Of a stretch of DNA of 64,000 nucleotides, positions 22,740 through 33,982 are shown piece by piece. Source of the DNA: an uncultured Opitutales bacterium. GTDB lineage: Bacteria; Verrucomicrobiota; Verrucomicrobiia; Opitutales; Intestinicryptomonadaceae. Every line of letters begins with the position of its first letter. Position 1 is the first letter of the stretch. Under the pieces are notes generated by a model, which had not been told where the DNA came from, made no database searches, and worked only from the letters and a program-made list of their open reading frames with translations. Location of the stretch: the NCBI GenBank assembly GCA_900545705.1, contig URAK01000008.1, forward strand, positions 72,096-136,095. The letters run 5' to 3'. The position numbers and the translations under genes are program-made.

Positions 22740-23136
22740 ATTTTTTTCCTGTTAAAAAATTTAGTTAAAGAAATATGATGCTTAAAAAATAAATTGCAAC
22801 TATTTTATGACACTTCCCTAACACTCAAAAACTTTGTATTTTATCAAGCCTCCGATGAGCTTCCATTGCCCTAATATAAACAGATTGCAGCCATTCCGTT
22901 GCAAAAAAATTCAACGAGATTATCCGCGCATTTTATTTCTTTTGCGATTTTTTTAATCGGAAAATGCGCGATAAAATATTGGAAGCATCTTGCATATATT
23001 GCCTCTTTATTTGGATTCTTTCTCTGCAACCAACATATTTTGGATTGCATTTTTTTTCATGAAAAAAAATTTATACTAAAAAAATATAAAAAAAATTTCT
23101 TAGAATTTTACGTTTCCATTCCCGAATATGCTATCT

Positions 23137-23170
23137 AAAAAAAAGGCCGCCAAGATAATTGGCGACCTTT
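23137..23170 (-). terminator. rho-independent terminator downstream of the oxidoreductase gene
   Basis: Stem aggccgcc/ggcgacct (1 mismatch), loop aagataatt. T8 follows on the minus strand. Confidence 0.5.
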
Positions 23171-23216
23171 AAATTTACATCTGCGGGAAGCCCCGCTTCC
23201 CATATCAATGAATGGA

Positions 23217-24587
23217 TTATACGAGCTTGTATTTTCCGGGAACAGGAACCGAAACCGGATTCTTCAAGCTCAGATCCTGCGTCTTGCCCATCAGATCGAC
23301 ATTCTTGGGAACTATGTCTTCCGTGGACTTTTTGACCATCCATTCGTACTTGAACCTCTTTCCGGAGAAAGCGCTCATTCTTCCGGCGATGGCCGCCATA
23401 TTGGAATTCATGAGGTTCTTTAGCTCGTTTACCCTCTTGCCGCTGCGTATTGCTGAAAGCAGATATTTGTGTTCGGCAATATAGGGGTCGAGTTCGAGTT
23501 TTCCGGGAGCGTATATTGTCTTTCCCTTGAGGTCGGTCAGGCGCAATCCCTGGAATATGCCCTTAGAACCAACGATTCTCTCGCTGACGTTCGGGGACGT
23601 ATTCGGATCCTGATGGCAATAGCTTTCCATGCGAAGGCCGTTACCCATATCGAAATCGATTGCGAAGTGCGAGAATCTATCGCCGTAGCGCGGGCAGGGC
23701 AAATCTGTGCTTCTGCCGCCGAGACCGGTCGTCACTTCGATTGGGAGGCGGTCGTCGCCAAACGCCCACATCAATACGTCGATATTATGTACGTGCTGCT
23801 CGACAATGTGGTCGCCAGACGCCCAGATGAAGCACCACCAGTTGCGTATCTGGTATTCGAGTGTTTCTTCAGTACCTTCTTTTCCGCCGGCCCACGAGCC
23901 AATATAGCCGCCGTTGTTCCAATAGCACTGCCCGGCGAGGAGTTCGCCTATTTCGCCGTCCTGCATGCGCTTTACCAAGTCTTGGTAGCGGTTGTCGTAG
24001 CGGCGCTGGTTGCCGCAAACAACGCAAAGGCCCTTCTTTTCCGCCTCTTTGGCGAGCTCGTACATTTTGCGGCCCTGGATTACGTCCACGGCGCCCGGCT
24101 TTTCGAGGAAGGCGTGCTTTCCGGCTGCAACTATCTTTTCATAGTGGGGGGTGCGGAATACCGGCGGGGTTGCGTCCATTACAAGATCTACGTCCTCTGC
24201 GAGCACTTGGTCAATATTGTCCCAACCTACAAATTTCTTTACTTTTGAAGTGTCGATTATCTCGGAGGCCTTCGCTTCGCCGACAGTCTTTTTGGCAAAT
24301 TCATAAATCTTGTTAGCGGCTCTGTCCGGTTTACCGGGGAATAAGTCGCCAAGAGCAACGAACTTAATATTTGGGTCGGCTGCAATCATATTGCATGCAG
24401 CGCCTGTTCCGCGGCCGCCGCAGCCTACGAGCGCCACTTTGACCCTGTCGCTGCCTTTAACCTGCGCAAAACTAAAACGGGGCAAAGCCGCCGCTGCTCC
24501 TATTACCGCACTATTTTTTACAAAACTTCTTCTATCCATATTATTATAATTGTTGAATTGACGTTGTCCTGCGACGTTAAATGACAA
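23217..24587 (-). CDS. Gfo/Idh/MocA-family oxidoreductase with a twin-arginine signal peptide
   Basis: 456 aa. TAT motif (DRRSFVKNSAVIGAAAALP) and a Rossmann fold (VKVALVGCGGRGTG). Confidence 0.85.
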   Translation of the reverse strand: MSFNVAGQRQFNNYNNMDRRSFVKNSAVIGAAAALPRFSFAQVKGSDRVKVALVGCGGRGTGAACNMIAADPNIKFVALGDLFPGKPDRAANKIYEFAKKTVGEAKASEIIDTSKVKKFVGWDNIDQVLAEDVDLVMDATPPVFRTPHYEKIVAAGKHAFLEKPGAVDVIQGRKMYELAKEAEKKGLCVVCGNQRRYDNRYQDLVKRMQDGEIGELLAGQCYWNNGGYIGSWAGGKEGTEETLEYQIRNWWCFIWASGDHIVEQHVHNIDVLMWAFGDDRLPIEVTTGLGGRSTDLPCPRYGDRFSHFAIDFDMGNGLRMESYCHQDPNTSPNVSERIVGSKGIFQGLRLTDLKGKTIYAPGKLELDPYIAEHKYLLSAIRSGKRVNELKNLMNSNMAAIAGRMSAFSGKRFKYEWMVKKSTEDIVPKNVDLMGKTQDLSLKNPVSVPVPGKYKLV

Positions 24588-24686
24588 ACCCCCATCACCC
24601 GGGATATGCGTACCGCCGTTGAACTCTACAAATATCTTAACGTTTTATTAATTAGTCAACCATTTTTATCTTCTAAAAATGAATGA

Positions 24687-25112
24687 TTATTTCTTCCTCT
24701 TAAAAATTGCGCGCGCCTGAAAAATCATAAAAGGCCTATCCGGCGAATCTCCAAAAACGCGGACATCGAATATTGCGCCCTTCTCGTCTGAGAACGTGCA
24801 TTTTGCCTCAGCAGTAATTTCTGCGCCGGCAGGGCATGGGCTTATGTAGTTCACAGAGGCGCTCGCGCTGACGGCCGAGCGTTCGTCGGTATTGGAAGCG
24901 AGCGCAAGCGCGAAATCCGCCATTGAGAACAAATATCCGCCGTGCGCTATTCCCAGCCCGTTCAGAAATTCCGGCTTCACCCTGCCCTTTACGCGCGAAT
25001 ATCCAAAGCGGCTTTCCAAAACCTCAAATTCAAGTTTCTTTGCAAAAGAGTCGTTGTCTGTACTTGGCATATGTAAAATAACTTCTCCCATCGGCGTTAA
25101 ATCGCAAGACAA
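24687..25112 (-). CDS. PaaI-family hotdog-fold thioesterase
   Basis: 141 aa. Carries the GIAHGGYLFSMADFALALASN motif. Confidence 0.7.
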   Translation of the reverse strand: MSCDLTPMGEVILHMPSTDNDSFAKKLEFEVLESRFGYSRVKGRVKPEFLNGLGIAHGGYLFSMADFALALASNTDERSAVSASASVNYISPCPAGAEITAEAKCTFSDEKGAIFDVRVFGDSPDRPFMIFQARAIFKRKK

Positions 25113-25473
25113 ATATATTGCCCTGCTTCATATAAAAACCTTTATTTTCGCTCCACAATTTAATCTCGATGCAGCGCGAATTTATTATCGTAAAAACATT
25201 TTGCTTATAAAGAGCATCGGCTGCATCGCATTCCCATTTTTTAGTGCCCAGCCGCCAAAAAAGCATTTAAAGAAATGCGCATACATAAAAATTTATTTGC
25301 CGAATTTTTATAAGAAAATTTATGGCTGGGCACATGCTTTTATTAAGCTTAAAACTTCATAATCTTTTTGCCCTATTGCTAAAATGCAATAATTACGCCA
25401 CAAAAAAAAGAGACGCCAAATGGCGTCCCTTAAATTTTAATGCCCGCTCAAAAGCGCATAGACAGCAGCACTG

Positions 25474-26340
25474 TTAGATATGCACGCCTATCTTCGGGGC
25501 TACTTCGTTGAATGCGTCTATGAGGCGTTTTGTGATTTTGCCGGGTTTGCCGTCGCCTATTACGCGCTTGTCGAGCTCGACAAGCGGAATGAGCTTGGCG
25601 GCAGTTCCTGTCAGGAAGCACTCGTCGGCAGTCCAGATGTCGAAGCGCGTAATCGGTTTTTCGTCAAAATCTATATCAAGGGACTTGGCGAGCTCTATGA
25701 CGGTTCCGCGCGTCATTCCGCCGAGCGAGCCGCAGCTTATCGGGGGCGTAATCAGCTTGTTGTCGAAAACTATAAACACGTTGTCTCCGCTGCATTCGGA
25801 AACATACCCCTCATTGTTAAGCAGCAGGCATTCTTCGTATCCTGAATTGTGGGCCTCGATTTTCGCCAGAATATTGTTGAGGTAATTCAAGCTCTTAACC
25901 ATGGGCGGAAGCGCCGCCTGCGAGTTTCTGCGCGTGGGAACTGTGAGAGCTTTCAAACCGCACTCATAAAGTTCTTTCGGATAAAGCTGTATTTCGTCGG
26001 CAATTATTACCAACTGAGGATCCTCGCACGAAAACGGAGAGAGACCGAGCTTTCCCTTGCCGCGGGAAACAACAAGGCGTATGTAGCCGTTTTGAAGCCC
26101 GTTTGTGCGGCATGCGTCGCAAACGGCGTCGATTATCTGCTGCTTCGTCCACGGCATATCGAGCATTATTGCGCGGGCGGAACGGAAAAGCCTGTCTATG
26201 TGTTTGTCGAGCTTAAACACGTTTCCGCTATATAGGCGGATCCCTTCAAAGATGCCGTCGCCGTACAAAAAACCGTGGTCGAACACCGACACTTTCGCGT
26301 CGTCCTTTTCGTAATATTTTCCGTTTATATAGACTTTCAT
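25474..26340 (-). CDS. ilvE: branched-chain amino acid aminotransferase (class IV PLP enzyme)
   Basis: 288 aa. Class IV fold motifs FDHGFLYGDGIFEGIR and HIDRLFRSA. Confidence 0.8.
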   Translation of the reverse strand: MKVYINGKYYEKDDAKVSVFDHGFLYGDGIFEGIRLYSGNVFKLDKHIDRLFRSARAIMLDMPWTKQQIIDAVCDACRTNGLQNGYIRLVVSRGKGKLGLSPFSCEDPQLVIIADEIQLYPKELYECGLKALTVPTRRNSQAALPPMVKSLNYLNNILAKIEAHNSGYEECLLLNNEGYVSECSGDNVFIVFDNKLITPPISCGSLGGMTRGTVIELAKSLDIDFDEKPITRFDIWTADECFLTGTAAKLIPLVELDKRVIGDGKPGKITKRLIDAFNEVAPKIGVHI

Positions 26341-26449
26341 ATTTTTTTCCTCAAAATAAAAAACTCTCTCAAATGCGGTTTTGCCTAAGCCCCCGCGAAT
26401 TTCGTATTTTCGGCATTTTCTATATTTGAAATCAAAATCGTCAAATGAA

Positions 26450-27475
26450 TTATTTGTCGCCGATAAAGAATTTGCCGTCTTTAAACCCGAAATCTCGAAT
26501 CGTCAAAGTTTCATTTTTTGAATTTGGCGAATGGTAGGATATCTTAGTGTCGCCGGAAAAGGTTTTAAACACCATCGCGTGCCCGCCATCGTCGTTGTTC
26601 AAAGTATACGGGAAATGCACCCATTCGCCGTCTATCTTTCCGGAGGGTGATTTCGCCGCGCCTATGCGGTACTTGCCCGAGAAAGAGGACCACGTCATGT
26701 ATAGAGTGCCGTCAGGAAGGCGGTTTACGACAGGCGCATCAGTGACGTGCGTTCCGGATTTGTCCGCTATCCACGGCGCGCTCGACGCCTTGAATAGAAC
26801 TTTCGGCTCCCCAATAGTCTTCTTCAAATCGCGGGATATCTTTTGGGCGACTATCTCTCCGTCGCCCACTTGCAGCCATTCGCGGCAATATAGCAGCCAA
26901 AGCGAGCCGTCGCCGTCCTCAAACAGAGTGCCGTCCAAAGCCATCCAGTTTTCGGGCGTTATGGGCTTGTCGGAAAGCGGCTTAAAGCCTTTATCGGGCC
27001 TGTCGGATACAAGCACCGCGCAACCGCGCATCGGCTCCAATTTTCCCCTCATGGTTTTTATGGAAGGCTTTTCGGCGCTGAATGTCGCTATTATGTAATA
27101 CTTGCCGTCTATATAAAACATGTCCGGCGCCCAGAAGTCCGATTTTCCCCAAAAGTCGGAAGGGGCTATGAACGAGGGGCCTAACAATTTCCAGTTTTTC
27201 AAGTCCTTGCTTTCATACGCATACAGCGCCTTGCGCCCAACGCCAAACCTGGATATTTCGGCGTCCGACAATTTGAAGCCATTGGCATGCATGTAGTATT
27301 TTCCGCTCTCTTTGTCTGCAAAAACGTAGGGATCGCGTATTCTGAGATTGGCGGCGGGAATATCGTAGCCCGAATCCACGGGTTCATTGCCTACGCCCGC
27401 GTAACCAAAGAGAGAAAAGGCGATAATTGCGGCGGACAAAAGCGCGCTACGCTTCAGGGCATCACTACTTACCAT
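26450..27475 (-). CDS. secreted GH43-family glycoside hydrolase (arabinanase/xylosidase type)
   Basis: 341 aa with a signal peptide. GH43 five-bladed propeller motifs IRDPYVF and [14 protein letters not shown]. Its start overlaps the glnS stop by 11 nt. Confidence 0.8.
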   Translation of the reverse strand: MVSSDALKRSALLSAAIIAFSLFGYAGVGNEPVDSGYDIPAANLRIRDPYVFADKESGKYYMHANGFKLSDAEISRFGVGRKALYAYESKDLKNWKLLGPSFIAPSDFWGKSDFWAPDMFYIDGKYYIIATFSAEKPSIKTMRGKLEPMRGCAVLVSDRPDKGFKPLSDKPITPENWMALDGTLFEDGDGSLWLLYCREWLQVGDGEIVAQKISRDLKKTIGEPKVLFKASSAPWIADKSGTHVTDAPVVNRLPDGTLYMTWSSFSGKYRIGAAKSPSGKIDGEWVHFPYTLNNDDGGHAMVFKTFSGDTKISYHSPNSKNETLTIRDFGFKDGKFFIGDK

Positions 27476-29150
27476 ACGAGTCTTTCAGAGTCACTGTTCT
27501 GTTAAATACCGGATTCCCGGGGGTTGAGAGCTTGGAGTCTGGCATGAAGTAGGCGTTTCGCTCGAATTGTATATGGTCTCCCGCCTTTGCCTCTATAAGC
27601 GAGGGCTCAACAAGGGCCTCGCACTCCACAACCGAATTCGGATTTAAGAATTCCTTGAAGTCGCTTCCCTCAGGCAAATCGGACATATCCTCGCGCGTGA
27701 ACAAATTCTCAAAGAGGCGAACCTTTGCCTTCTTTGCCGCCGACGCGTCCACCCAGTGAATGGTCGATTTCACCTTGCGCCCGTCGGGCGAATTTCCCCC
27801 GCGCGACGCCCTGTCTATCGAGCATATCAGCTTAACCACATTTCCGGAAGAGTCCTTCACAACTTCGTCGCACTTCATAAAGTACGCATACCGCAAACGC
27901 ACTTCTTTTCCGGGAGAAAGCCTAAAAAACTTTTTCGGCGGGTTTTCCATGAAGTCTTCGCGCTCAATGTAAATCCGCTTCGAGAAAGGTATCTTGCGGG
28001 TTCCGGCAGATTCGTCCTCAGGGTTGTTGACGGCGTCGAGCATATCTATCTCGTCATCGCCCCAGTTGGATATCTCCACTTCGAGGGGGTCGAACACCGC
28101 CATTCTGCGCAGGGATATTTTGTTCAAATCGTTGCGCACGCAATGTTCAAGCAGGGCGATGTCGGTAAGGCTGTTAAATTTTGTGACGCCTATTTTTTCG
28201 CAAAAATCGCGTATGGCCTCCGGGGTATATCCCCTTCTCCTCATTCCCGAAAGAGTCGGCATGCGGGGATCGTCCCAGCCGTCCACTACGTTTTCGGCGA
28301 CAAGCTGCTGAAGCTTGCGCTTGCTCATCATCGTGTAAGAAAGATTCAAACGCGCAAACTCGTATTGGCGCGGATGGACTTTAAGCGTCTTAACAATGCT
28401 TGTGTTGTCGATAAACCAGTCGTAAAGCGGCCTGTGCACTTCAAATTCGAGAGTGCATAGAGAGTGGGTTATGCCCTCTATCGCGTCGCTTAGGCAGTGG
28501 GCAAAATCGTACATCGGGTATATGCACCACTTTGTGCCGGTACGGTGGTGGGCCTCCTTCTTTATCCTGTATATGGCGGGGTCGCGCATATGAAGGTTTG
28601 GGGAGGCCATGTCTATCTTGGCGCGCAATACGTATTGACCTTCCTCGAATTCGCCAGCTCTCATTCTGCGGAATAAATCGAGGCTCTCTTCCGGCGGACG
28701 GTCCCTGTGCGGGCTCGGCTTGCCGGGCTGCCCAGGCACTCCCCTGTACTCCTTAAATTCCTCGGGCGACAGCGTGCAGACGTACGCCTTGCCGCTCTTT
28801 ATAAGCTCCTCGGCAAAACCGTACAAGCGCTCAAAATAGTCGGACGCATAGAACTCACGGTCGCCCCAATCGAATCCCATCCAATGCACGTCCTCGCGGA
28901 TTGAGTCCACAAACCGAGTGTCCTCCTTGTCCGGATTTGTGTCGTCGAACCTCAGATTGCAAAGTCCGCCGTTTTCAATGGCAGTCCCAAAATCGAGGCA
29001 AAAAGCCTTGGCGTGGCCTATGTGCAGACAGCCGTTTGGCTCTGGAGGAAAACGCGTGTGCACGGCTGAAGGCGGCAGCCCGTTTTTTATGTCTTCGGCA
29101 ACTATCTGCCTGATAAAATGCATTTGCTTGTTTTCGGATTCTTCCGGCAT
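27465..29150 (-). CDS. glnS: glutamine--tRNA ligase
   Basis: 561 aa. Class I HIGH region ([18 protein letters not shown]) and an anticodon-binding beta-barrel C-terminus. Confidence 0.95.
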   Translation of the reverse strand: MPEESENKQMHFIRQIVAEDIKNGLPPSAVHTRFPPEPNGCLHIGHAKAFCLDFGTAIENGGLCNLRFDDTNPDKEDTRFVDSIREDVHWMGFDWGDREFYASDYFERLYGFAEELIKSGKAYVCTLSPEEFKEYRGVPGQPGKPSPHRDRPPEESLDLFRRMRAGEFEEGQYVLRAKIDMASPNLHMRDPAIYRIKKEAHHRTGTKWCIYPMYDFAHCLSDAIEGITHSLCTLEFEVHRPLYDWFIDNTSIVKTLKVHPRQYEFARLNLSYTMMSKRKLQQLVAENVVDGWDDPRMPTLSGMRRRGYTPEAIRDFCEKIGVTKFNSLTDIALLEHCVRNDLNKISLRRMAVFDPLEVEISNWGDDEIDMLDAVNNPEDESAGTRKIPFSKRIYIEREDFMENPPKKFFRLSPGKEVRLRYAYFMKCDEVVKDSSGNVVKLICSIDRASRGGNSPDGRKVKSTIHWVDASAAKKAKVRLFENLFTREDMSDLPEGSDFKEFLNPNSVVECEALVEPSLIEAKAGDHIQFERNAYFMPDSKLSTPGNPVFNRTVTLKDSYGK

Positions 29151-29480
29151 ATTTTTTTATAAATCGCGTCAAGATTTAAACGCTATTGCCCGCGCGTCAA
29201 TTTTTTATTGACGCCTGTGCGCTAAATTTCTCGCGTCCAAGCCCGCTCTCTATGCGTCTTAAAGCATTTTTTTGCTAAAATGCTAAGCATGCCTTCAAAA
29301 AATATCGGAAGGCACGCCTAAGCCCGGCGACAATCCTAATGATAAAAATCCCGTCCACTACGCCTTATGAAACGCAGCTGCCCGCCGCCATGAGAACGCG
29401 CGGATTGACGCTATCTTGCCGCGCGGCAAAGCGCATGCCGCGCGCTGCTATATACTATATAAAAGCGCGCAAAAATTGGG

Positions 29481-30908
29481 CTATCGGACGAGTTTTTTTA
29501 GTATTTTCGCAATGTCCGTATTGTCTATCGTCCCCGAAAACTTTTCGGATTTAACACCCGCGGCAGAAGTCTCGACTGGCAGAGCCGTATGCGCATGGCT
29601 CGTCCAAGCAAGCCCCGCCTTGTTGTTCAATATCTTCGCCGCTACGAACGACAGCTCATCGCCCTTTGGCTCGTCTTTCCACTCCTCAAACGCCTCTTTG
29701 AGCTCGTCTACCTCCTCCTTTGAGAGCGCAAGCCCAGCTTTTGAACCTTCGTCGAAAACAAATCCAAATGTCTTAGACAATAGCGCCTTTACTCCGCCAA
29801 ATTCAAGGTATTCATTTTCCTTCAAAAGGCGGCGCAGGCTGGAGTCAAACACGCCCCTTGTTGTTTTCTGGGCGTTCAAGCGCTCCAAGTAGGAATTGTA
29901 GGCAGTGCCGTCGCTGCCCATTGTGAGCCCGCCTGTTTCATGGTCTGCCGTGACTACCACAAGCGTGTCTTCGGGGTTTTTCCTCAGAAATTCCAGCGCA
30001 ACCCCGACCGCTTTGTCAAAATCTATTATTTCAGAAACCACCGCAGCCGCGTCGTTGGCATGGCACGCCCAATCTATTTTCCCGCCCTCGACCATGATAA
30101 AAAATCCCTTGTCGTTGTCGAGAAGCTCTATCGCCTTTTTAGTAAATTCAGATATGCGCGCGGACGAAGGGTTGTCGAGATAGTATTCGAGCGCCCCGTC
30201 GGAACCCGTCGCTATTACCTTTCCGCAGCCGGGCTTTAACGCTCTGAGAGCTTCCATGTCGCGGCGCACGACCTTGTATCCGGCCTTTTCTGCCAATCCG
30301 TAAATGTCGCCCTTGTAAGCCTTCGACTTTTTGTCGTCGCTCTTGCCAATGCCGCCGCCTCCGAAAAAGTCGAAGCCGGAGGCTATCATATCAAGCGCCA
30401 ATTCGTAATAATTTCCACGGTTTGGATTGTGCCCGTAGAAGGCGGAGGGAGTCGCGTGATTTAAGGTGACGCTAGTCAGAATCCCGACTTTTCTTCCGGA
30501 ATCCCGCGCGACCTCGGCAATGGATTGAAGCCTTGCGCCGTCCGCCCCAACGCCTATCGCCCCGTTCTTAGTTTTGACTCCGCACGCTATCGCCGTGCCG
30601 CTCGCGGCGGAATCCGTAATGAATGAGCTCTTTGAGCGGGTGATTGTCAGAGCCTGGTGCGGCATGGAATTCATCGCGAGCCCCTTCCCCGTATTTATGC
30701 GCGAAAATTCCTCGGCTGTCATTCTTTGCGGTATAGACATTCCGTCTCCGATAAATAGAAAAACGTATTTTACCGTCTCACCCGCATAAAGCGCCAAAGA
30801 CGACATTAGTATCGCCGCCGTAAAAAATATGTATTTTAGCAGTTTCATTTTCCACTCCGTTTCCAAGATTATATCAACTTGCAAGAGCCGCTCCCGCAAA
30901 GAAAACAT
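29481..30908 (-). CDS. alkaline phosphatase (PhoA family), secreted
   Basis: 475 aa with a signal peptide. FIGDGMSIPQR.. motif and a metal-ligand region. Confidence 0.85.
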   Translation of the reverse strand: MFSLRERLLQVDIILETEWKMKLLKYIFFTAAILMSSLALYAGETVKYVFLFIGDGMSIPQRMTAEEFSRINTGKGLAMNSMPHQALTITRSKSSFITDSAASGTAIACGVKTKNGAIGVGADGARLQSIAEVARDSGRKVGILTSVTLNHATPSAFYGHNPNRGNYYELALDMIASGFDFFGGGGIGKSDDKKSKAYKGDIYGLAEKAGYKVVRRDMEALRALKPGCGKVIATGSDGALEYYLDNPSSARISEFTKKAIELLDNDKGFFIMVEGGKIDWACHANDAAAVVSEIIDFDKAVGVALEFLRKNPEDTLVVVTADHETGGLTMGSDGTAYNSYLERLNAQKTTRGVFDSSLRRLLKENEYLEFGGVKALLSKTFGFVFDEGSKAGLALSKEEVDELKEAFEEWKDEPKGDELSFVAAKILNNKAGLAWTSHAHTALPVETSAAGVKSEKFSGTIDNTDIAKILKKLVR

Positions 30909-30936
30909 CTCCCGAATGCCCTCGAGATTGTCGGGC

Positions 30937-31887
30937 CTACACTACATCTATCGAGCGGACGCTGTCCACAAAGAACTCGTCGCCCTCGGAGGTCGCTTTT
31001 GACTGCACGAGCTCAAGGCCTATTATTCCGTCGTACCCTTTCTTATGAATGTGCTCCATAATTTTTTTATAGTTTATTTCCCCCGTGCCCGGCTCGTTGC
31101 GACCGGGATTGTCGGCAATCTGAAAGTAGGCAATTTCGTCCCAGGCAGCGTCGATGTTTTCAATGAGGTTTCCCTCGGTGACCTGCTGGTGGTAGAGGTC
31201 GTTTAAAATCTTGCATTTTGGGCTTCCGACAGCCTTGCACACTGCGTATGCCTGCGGAATTCTTTTAAGCCAAAGTCCTGGGTGGTTCTTTATGTTGAGA
31301 GACTCCAACACCATAATAGGCCCGTCGTTTTTCTCGAGAAAATCTGCGGCATATTTTAGGTGCTCGACAGCATTTGAGAATTGATAGCCGTATTCAAGGC
31401 TCGGGTCCTCCGCCCCTATTACAACAGTAAACCATTTAGCCCCCGCGCGCTTTCCGACTTCGAGAGCCGACTCCATGATGGAGCGCACCATGCGTTTAAC
31501 TCCCTCTTTGTCGCGTATGCGCGATTTTGGGTCGAGAATGTTTCCTGTGAGGTTCGGAACCTCCCAGCTTCCTACGCGCGGAGCAAATACGCCCATCTGC
31601 ATTCCGAGTTTTTCCATCTGCCTTGCGACAGCCTTTTGCTCCTCGACGGGAAGTTCACCGTATTCGTTAAACTCCATTGCGCGGAACCCGGCGTCATAAA
31701 AAACTTTAACCTTGTCGGCGGGCGAAAGTTTTGCCGCGCGCCCGGAGAAATGCCGGCACCAACCGCTCGGGTTTGGCGCGAATTTTAGGTTGAAAGGTTG
31801 CCCTGGTGTTTTTTCTGAGTCCATAAGATTTTTTACCGTAAATTTGTCCTGATGATTTTCTTTCTTTAAGAGGCAATCTTCAATCAA
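30937..31887 (-). CDS. sugar phosphate isomerase/epimerase (xylose isomerase-like TIM barrel)
   Basis: 316 aa with an AP endonuclease-2/xylose-isomerase-like TIM barrel pattern. Confidence 0.65.
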   Translation of the reverse strand: MIEDCLLKKENHQDKFTVKNLMDSEKTPGQPFNLKFAPNPSGWCRHFSGRAAKLSPADKVKVFYDAGFRAMEFNEYGELPVEEQKAVARQMEKLGMQMGVFAPRVGSWEVPNLTGNILDPKSRIRDKEGVKRMVRSIMESALEVGKRAGAKWFTVVIGAEDPSLEYGYQFSNAVEHLKYAADFLEKNDGPIMVLESLNIKNHPGLWLKRIPQAYAVCKAVGSPKCKILNDLYHQQVTEGNLIENIDAAWDEIAYFQIADNPGRNEPGTGEINYKKIMEHIHKKGYDGIIGLELVQSKATSEGDEFFVDSVRSIDVV

Positions 31888-32279
31888 ATTTTTGCTGTTT
31901 TAATATTTTACCGTTAATTCCGATTTTTGCCGTTTTTTGACCATAAACCGAAAAAGAAGTAAAAAAAGCTTTTTGAATTATTCTGAAATATGAATTCCTC
32001 TGCAAGCGTATAGGTTTAAAAGTATTAATAATAATTTGCCTTCATAATTTTTGCAATGGGCTAAGAAAGGTTTTGACTTACAGTCAATTTTTGGGATACT
32101 TATAGAAATAATCTAAAGAGGTTCATTAAAGTTGAAAAGTGTTGCAAAGTGCTGCAACATTTCAGGTGAAAAATTCCGAATTCTTAACGACTTCTCGGTA
32201 AATTTGGAAATTCACTTGAATTGGAGATACACTATCAAAGGCTTTTAAACAAAGCAAATGCGGCAAATAAAAATTTTTT

Positions 32280-32362
32280 GCTCGGGTGGCGGAATGGTAG
32301 ACGCAGCGGACTTAAAATCCGCTGGCTTAACGGCCGTACGGGTTCGAGTCCCGTCCCGAGTA
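32280..32362 (+). tRNA. tRNA-Leu (anticodon UAA)
   Basis: Cloverleaf read directly: acceptor stem GCTCGGG/CCCGAGT, D-arm GGCGGAATGGTAGACGC, anticodon loop CTTAAAA, a long variable arm, and a GGTTCGAGTCC T-loop. Discriminator A; CCA is not encoded. Confidence 0.9.
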
Positions 32363-32740
32363 CACTTCGCTTTTTTGGCACACTGGCGCAGTTTTTTCTC
32401 TTAATATAAATTTGGGCGCGAGAGGAAAAATATTTTAACTTTCGGCACACTTATTTTGCGGCGATTCTCGTGCCTAAATATCCGCGCATGCAAAACCACA
32501 TATTTTGTTAAACCATACGCTTTGCCCTCCCTAAAAATCTAAACTCAACACACGGCTTTCATACAGAACCAATGCCCGCAAGCGCAAAAATTAAAAAATC
32601 TAAGCGCACGTTGAGAAATCGAAAAACCGGCTTCCATTGTGTCTTTTTCCGACACTCGAAACCGTCCCCCAAACGCCCTCCGGCACACTTTAAATCCATA
32701 TTTCAATTGACTGACTTTTAGGAAAAAATATTTCTAAATT

Positions 32741-33841
32741 ATGAATATTTTTAAAGTTTGTGCATTCGTTTCGATCATTCTAATTTCCTGTATTTCCTAT
32801 GCTCAATCTAACACGGGAAAAGACAATAACCTTGAAGACTTTCCCCGATTGGCAGGCGAGAAATACGACTCCGCAAGAATACAGCGCGCAATAGACGCCT
32901 CGGCATTCCGCGTCCTAAAAATTCCCGCGGGCGACTATCTGCTGGACAAGCCGCTTAAAATTGAGAATTGCGCGTCCCTCGACATGCACAAGTCGGCAAA
33001 TTTCACACCCGTATCCGAGATGGAATATATGCTTACTTTCGACGGCGCGCGCGGTTTTTTGGGGAAGCCTCCGTTTTCATTTGGCGAAGACCACAATCTG
33101 TTTATAAAAGGCGGGAACTTCAACTGCAAGGGAATGTCCGGCGGAGTTCTCATAATGAACTACCACCACTTTACCTATAAGGATTCTACCATACGCAACG
33201 CCAAAACCTCAGGCCTTAGAGTGGACAGTTCCCTAAAGCCGGGCGGTCAAGGATACGAGCTGGTTGCAAGCAATATATACTTGCGCTGCACAATGAGTGG
33301 GCTTGCCGGAAATGTCGGCATACTGTCGAACGACGGCGACAACCATTTTATAGACTGTATTGTAATAGACTACACTACCGGAATATTTGTGCGCAACGGC
33401 GGCGGATTGAGATTGACCCGCTGCCATGTATGGGGCGGGCCGGTTCCTCCAGCAAAAAAGGGCGAGCTCCCGGAAATGATAAAAGATTCCGTATGCTTTA
33501 AACTAACTGCCGGAGACACTCTGCTAACGGACTGCTATGCCGATACGGGCATGACCGGCTTTTTAGTCGACGGCTACCAAGTGCGCCTAATAGGCTGCTC
33601 GTATTACAACAATTACAAAGCATTTAAAATGGATAATCCTGTCGCAGTAGAGCACAAAAAGGGGAAATTGCTCGTTCAAGGCTGCCTTTTTACCAAAACA
33701 TCGCCCCACGCAAAATTATACAAAGGCAACGGAAGAGATTTAATTTGGAATAGCAACATCATAAACGGATTCAAAGAAAGCGAATTTGGACTGCCGGAAA
33801 ATATCACAGATTATCCTGATATTAGAGTAGACTTCTATTAA
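32741..33841 (+). CDS. secreted right-handed beta-helix protein (pectate-lyase fold)
   Basis: 366 aa with a signal peptide. Repetitive beta-helix-like segments. Confidence 0.5.
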   Translation: MNIFKVCAFVSIILISCISYAQSNTGKDNNLEDFPRLAGEKYDSARIQRAIDASAFRVLKIPAGDYLLDKPLKIENCASLDMHKSANFTPVSEMEYMLTFDGARGFLGKPPFSFGEDHNLFIKGGNFNCKGMSGGVLIMNYHHFTYKDSTIRNAKTSGLRVDSSLKPGGQGYELVASNIYLRCTMSGLAGNVGILSNDGDNHFIDCIVIDYTTGIFVRNGGGLRLTRCHVWGGPVPPAKKGELPEMIKDSVCFKLTAGDTLLTDCYADTGMTGFLVDGYQVRLIGCSYYNNYKAFKMDNPVAVEHKKGKLLVQGCLFTKTSPHAKLYKGNGRDLIWNSNIINGFKESEFGLPENITDYPDIRVDFY

Positions 33842-33982
33842 ACACAGTTTTCCCACAATAAGCCCGCGCAGATAAAGTATGCAAAATCGCAAGAACGCAA
33901 AAATAAATTTTTCTGCCGCAAAAAAACGCGGGGAGTATTGCTCCCCGCGTTAATTTTCCATTATATTTCTCAACCAAACTAC

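Noticed and set aside
23469-24248. 259-aa plus-strand ORF
   Set aside because: Antisense overlap with the Gfo/Idh/MocA oxidoreductase. Low-complexity and Ala/Val-rich. Shadow ORF.
27756-28460. 234-aa plus-strand ORF
   Set aside because: Antisense to glnS. No motifs. Shadow ORF.
32280-32740. Integrated mobile element at the tRNA-Leu 3' end
   Set aside because: No integrase or recombinase nearby, no direct repeat of the tRNA 3' end found downstream, and the flanking genes are ordinary chromosomal genes.
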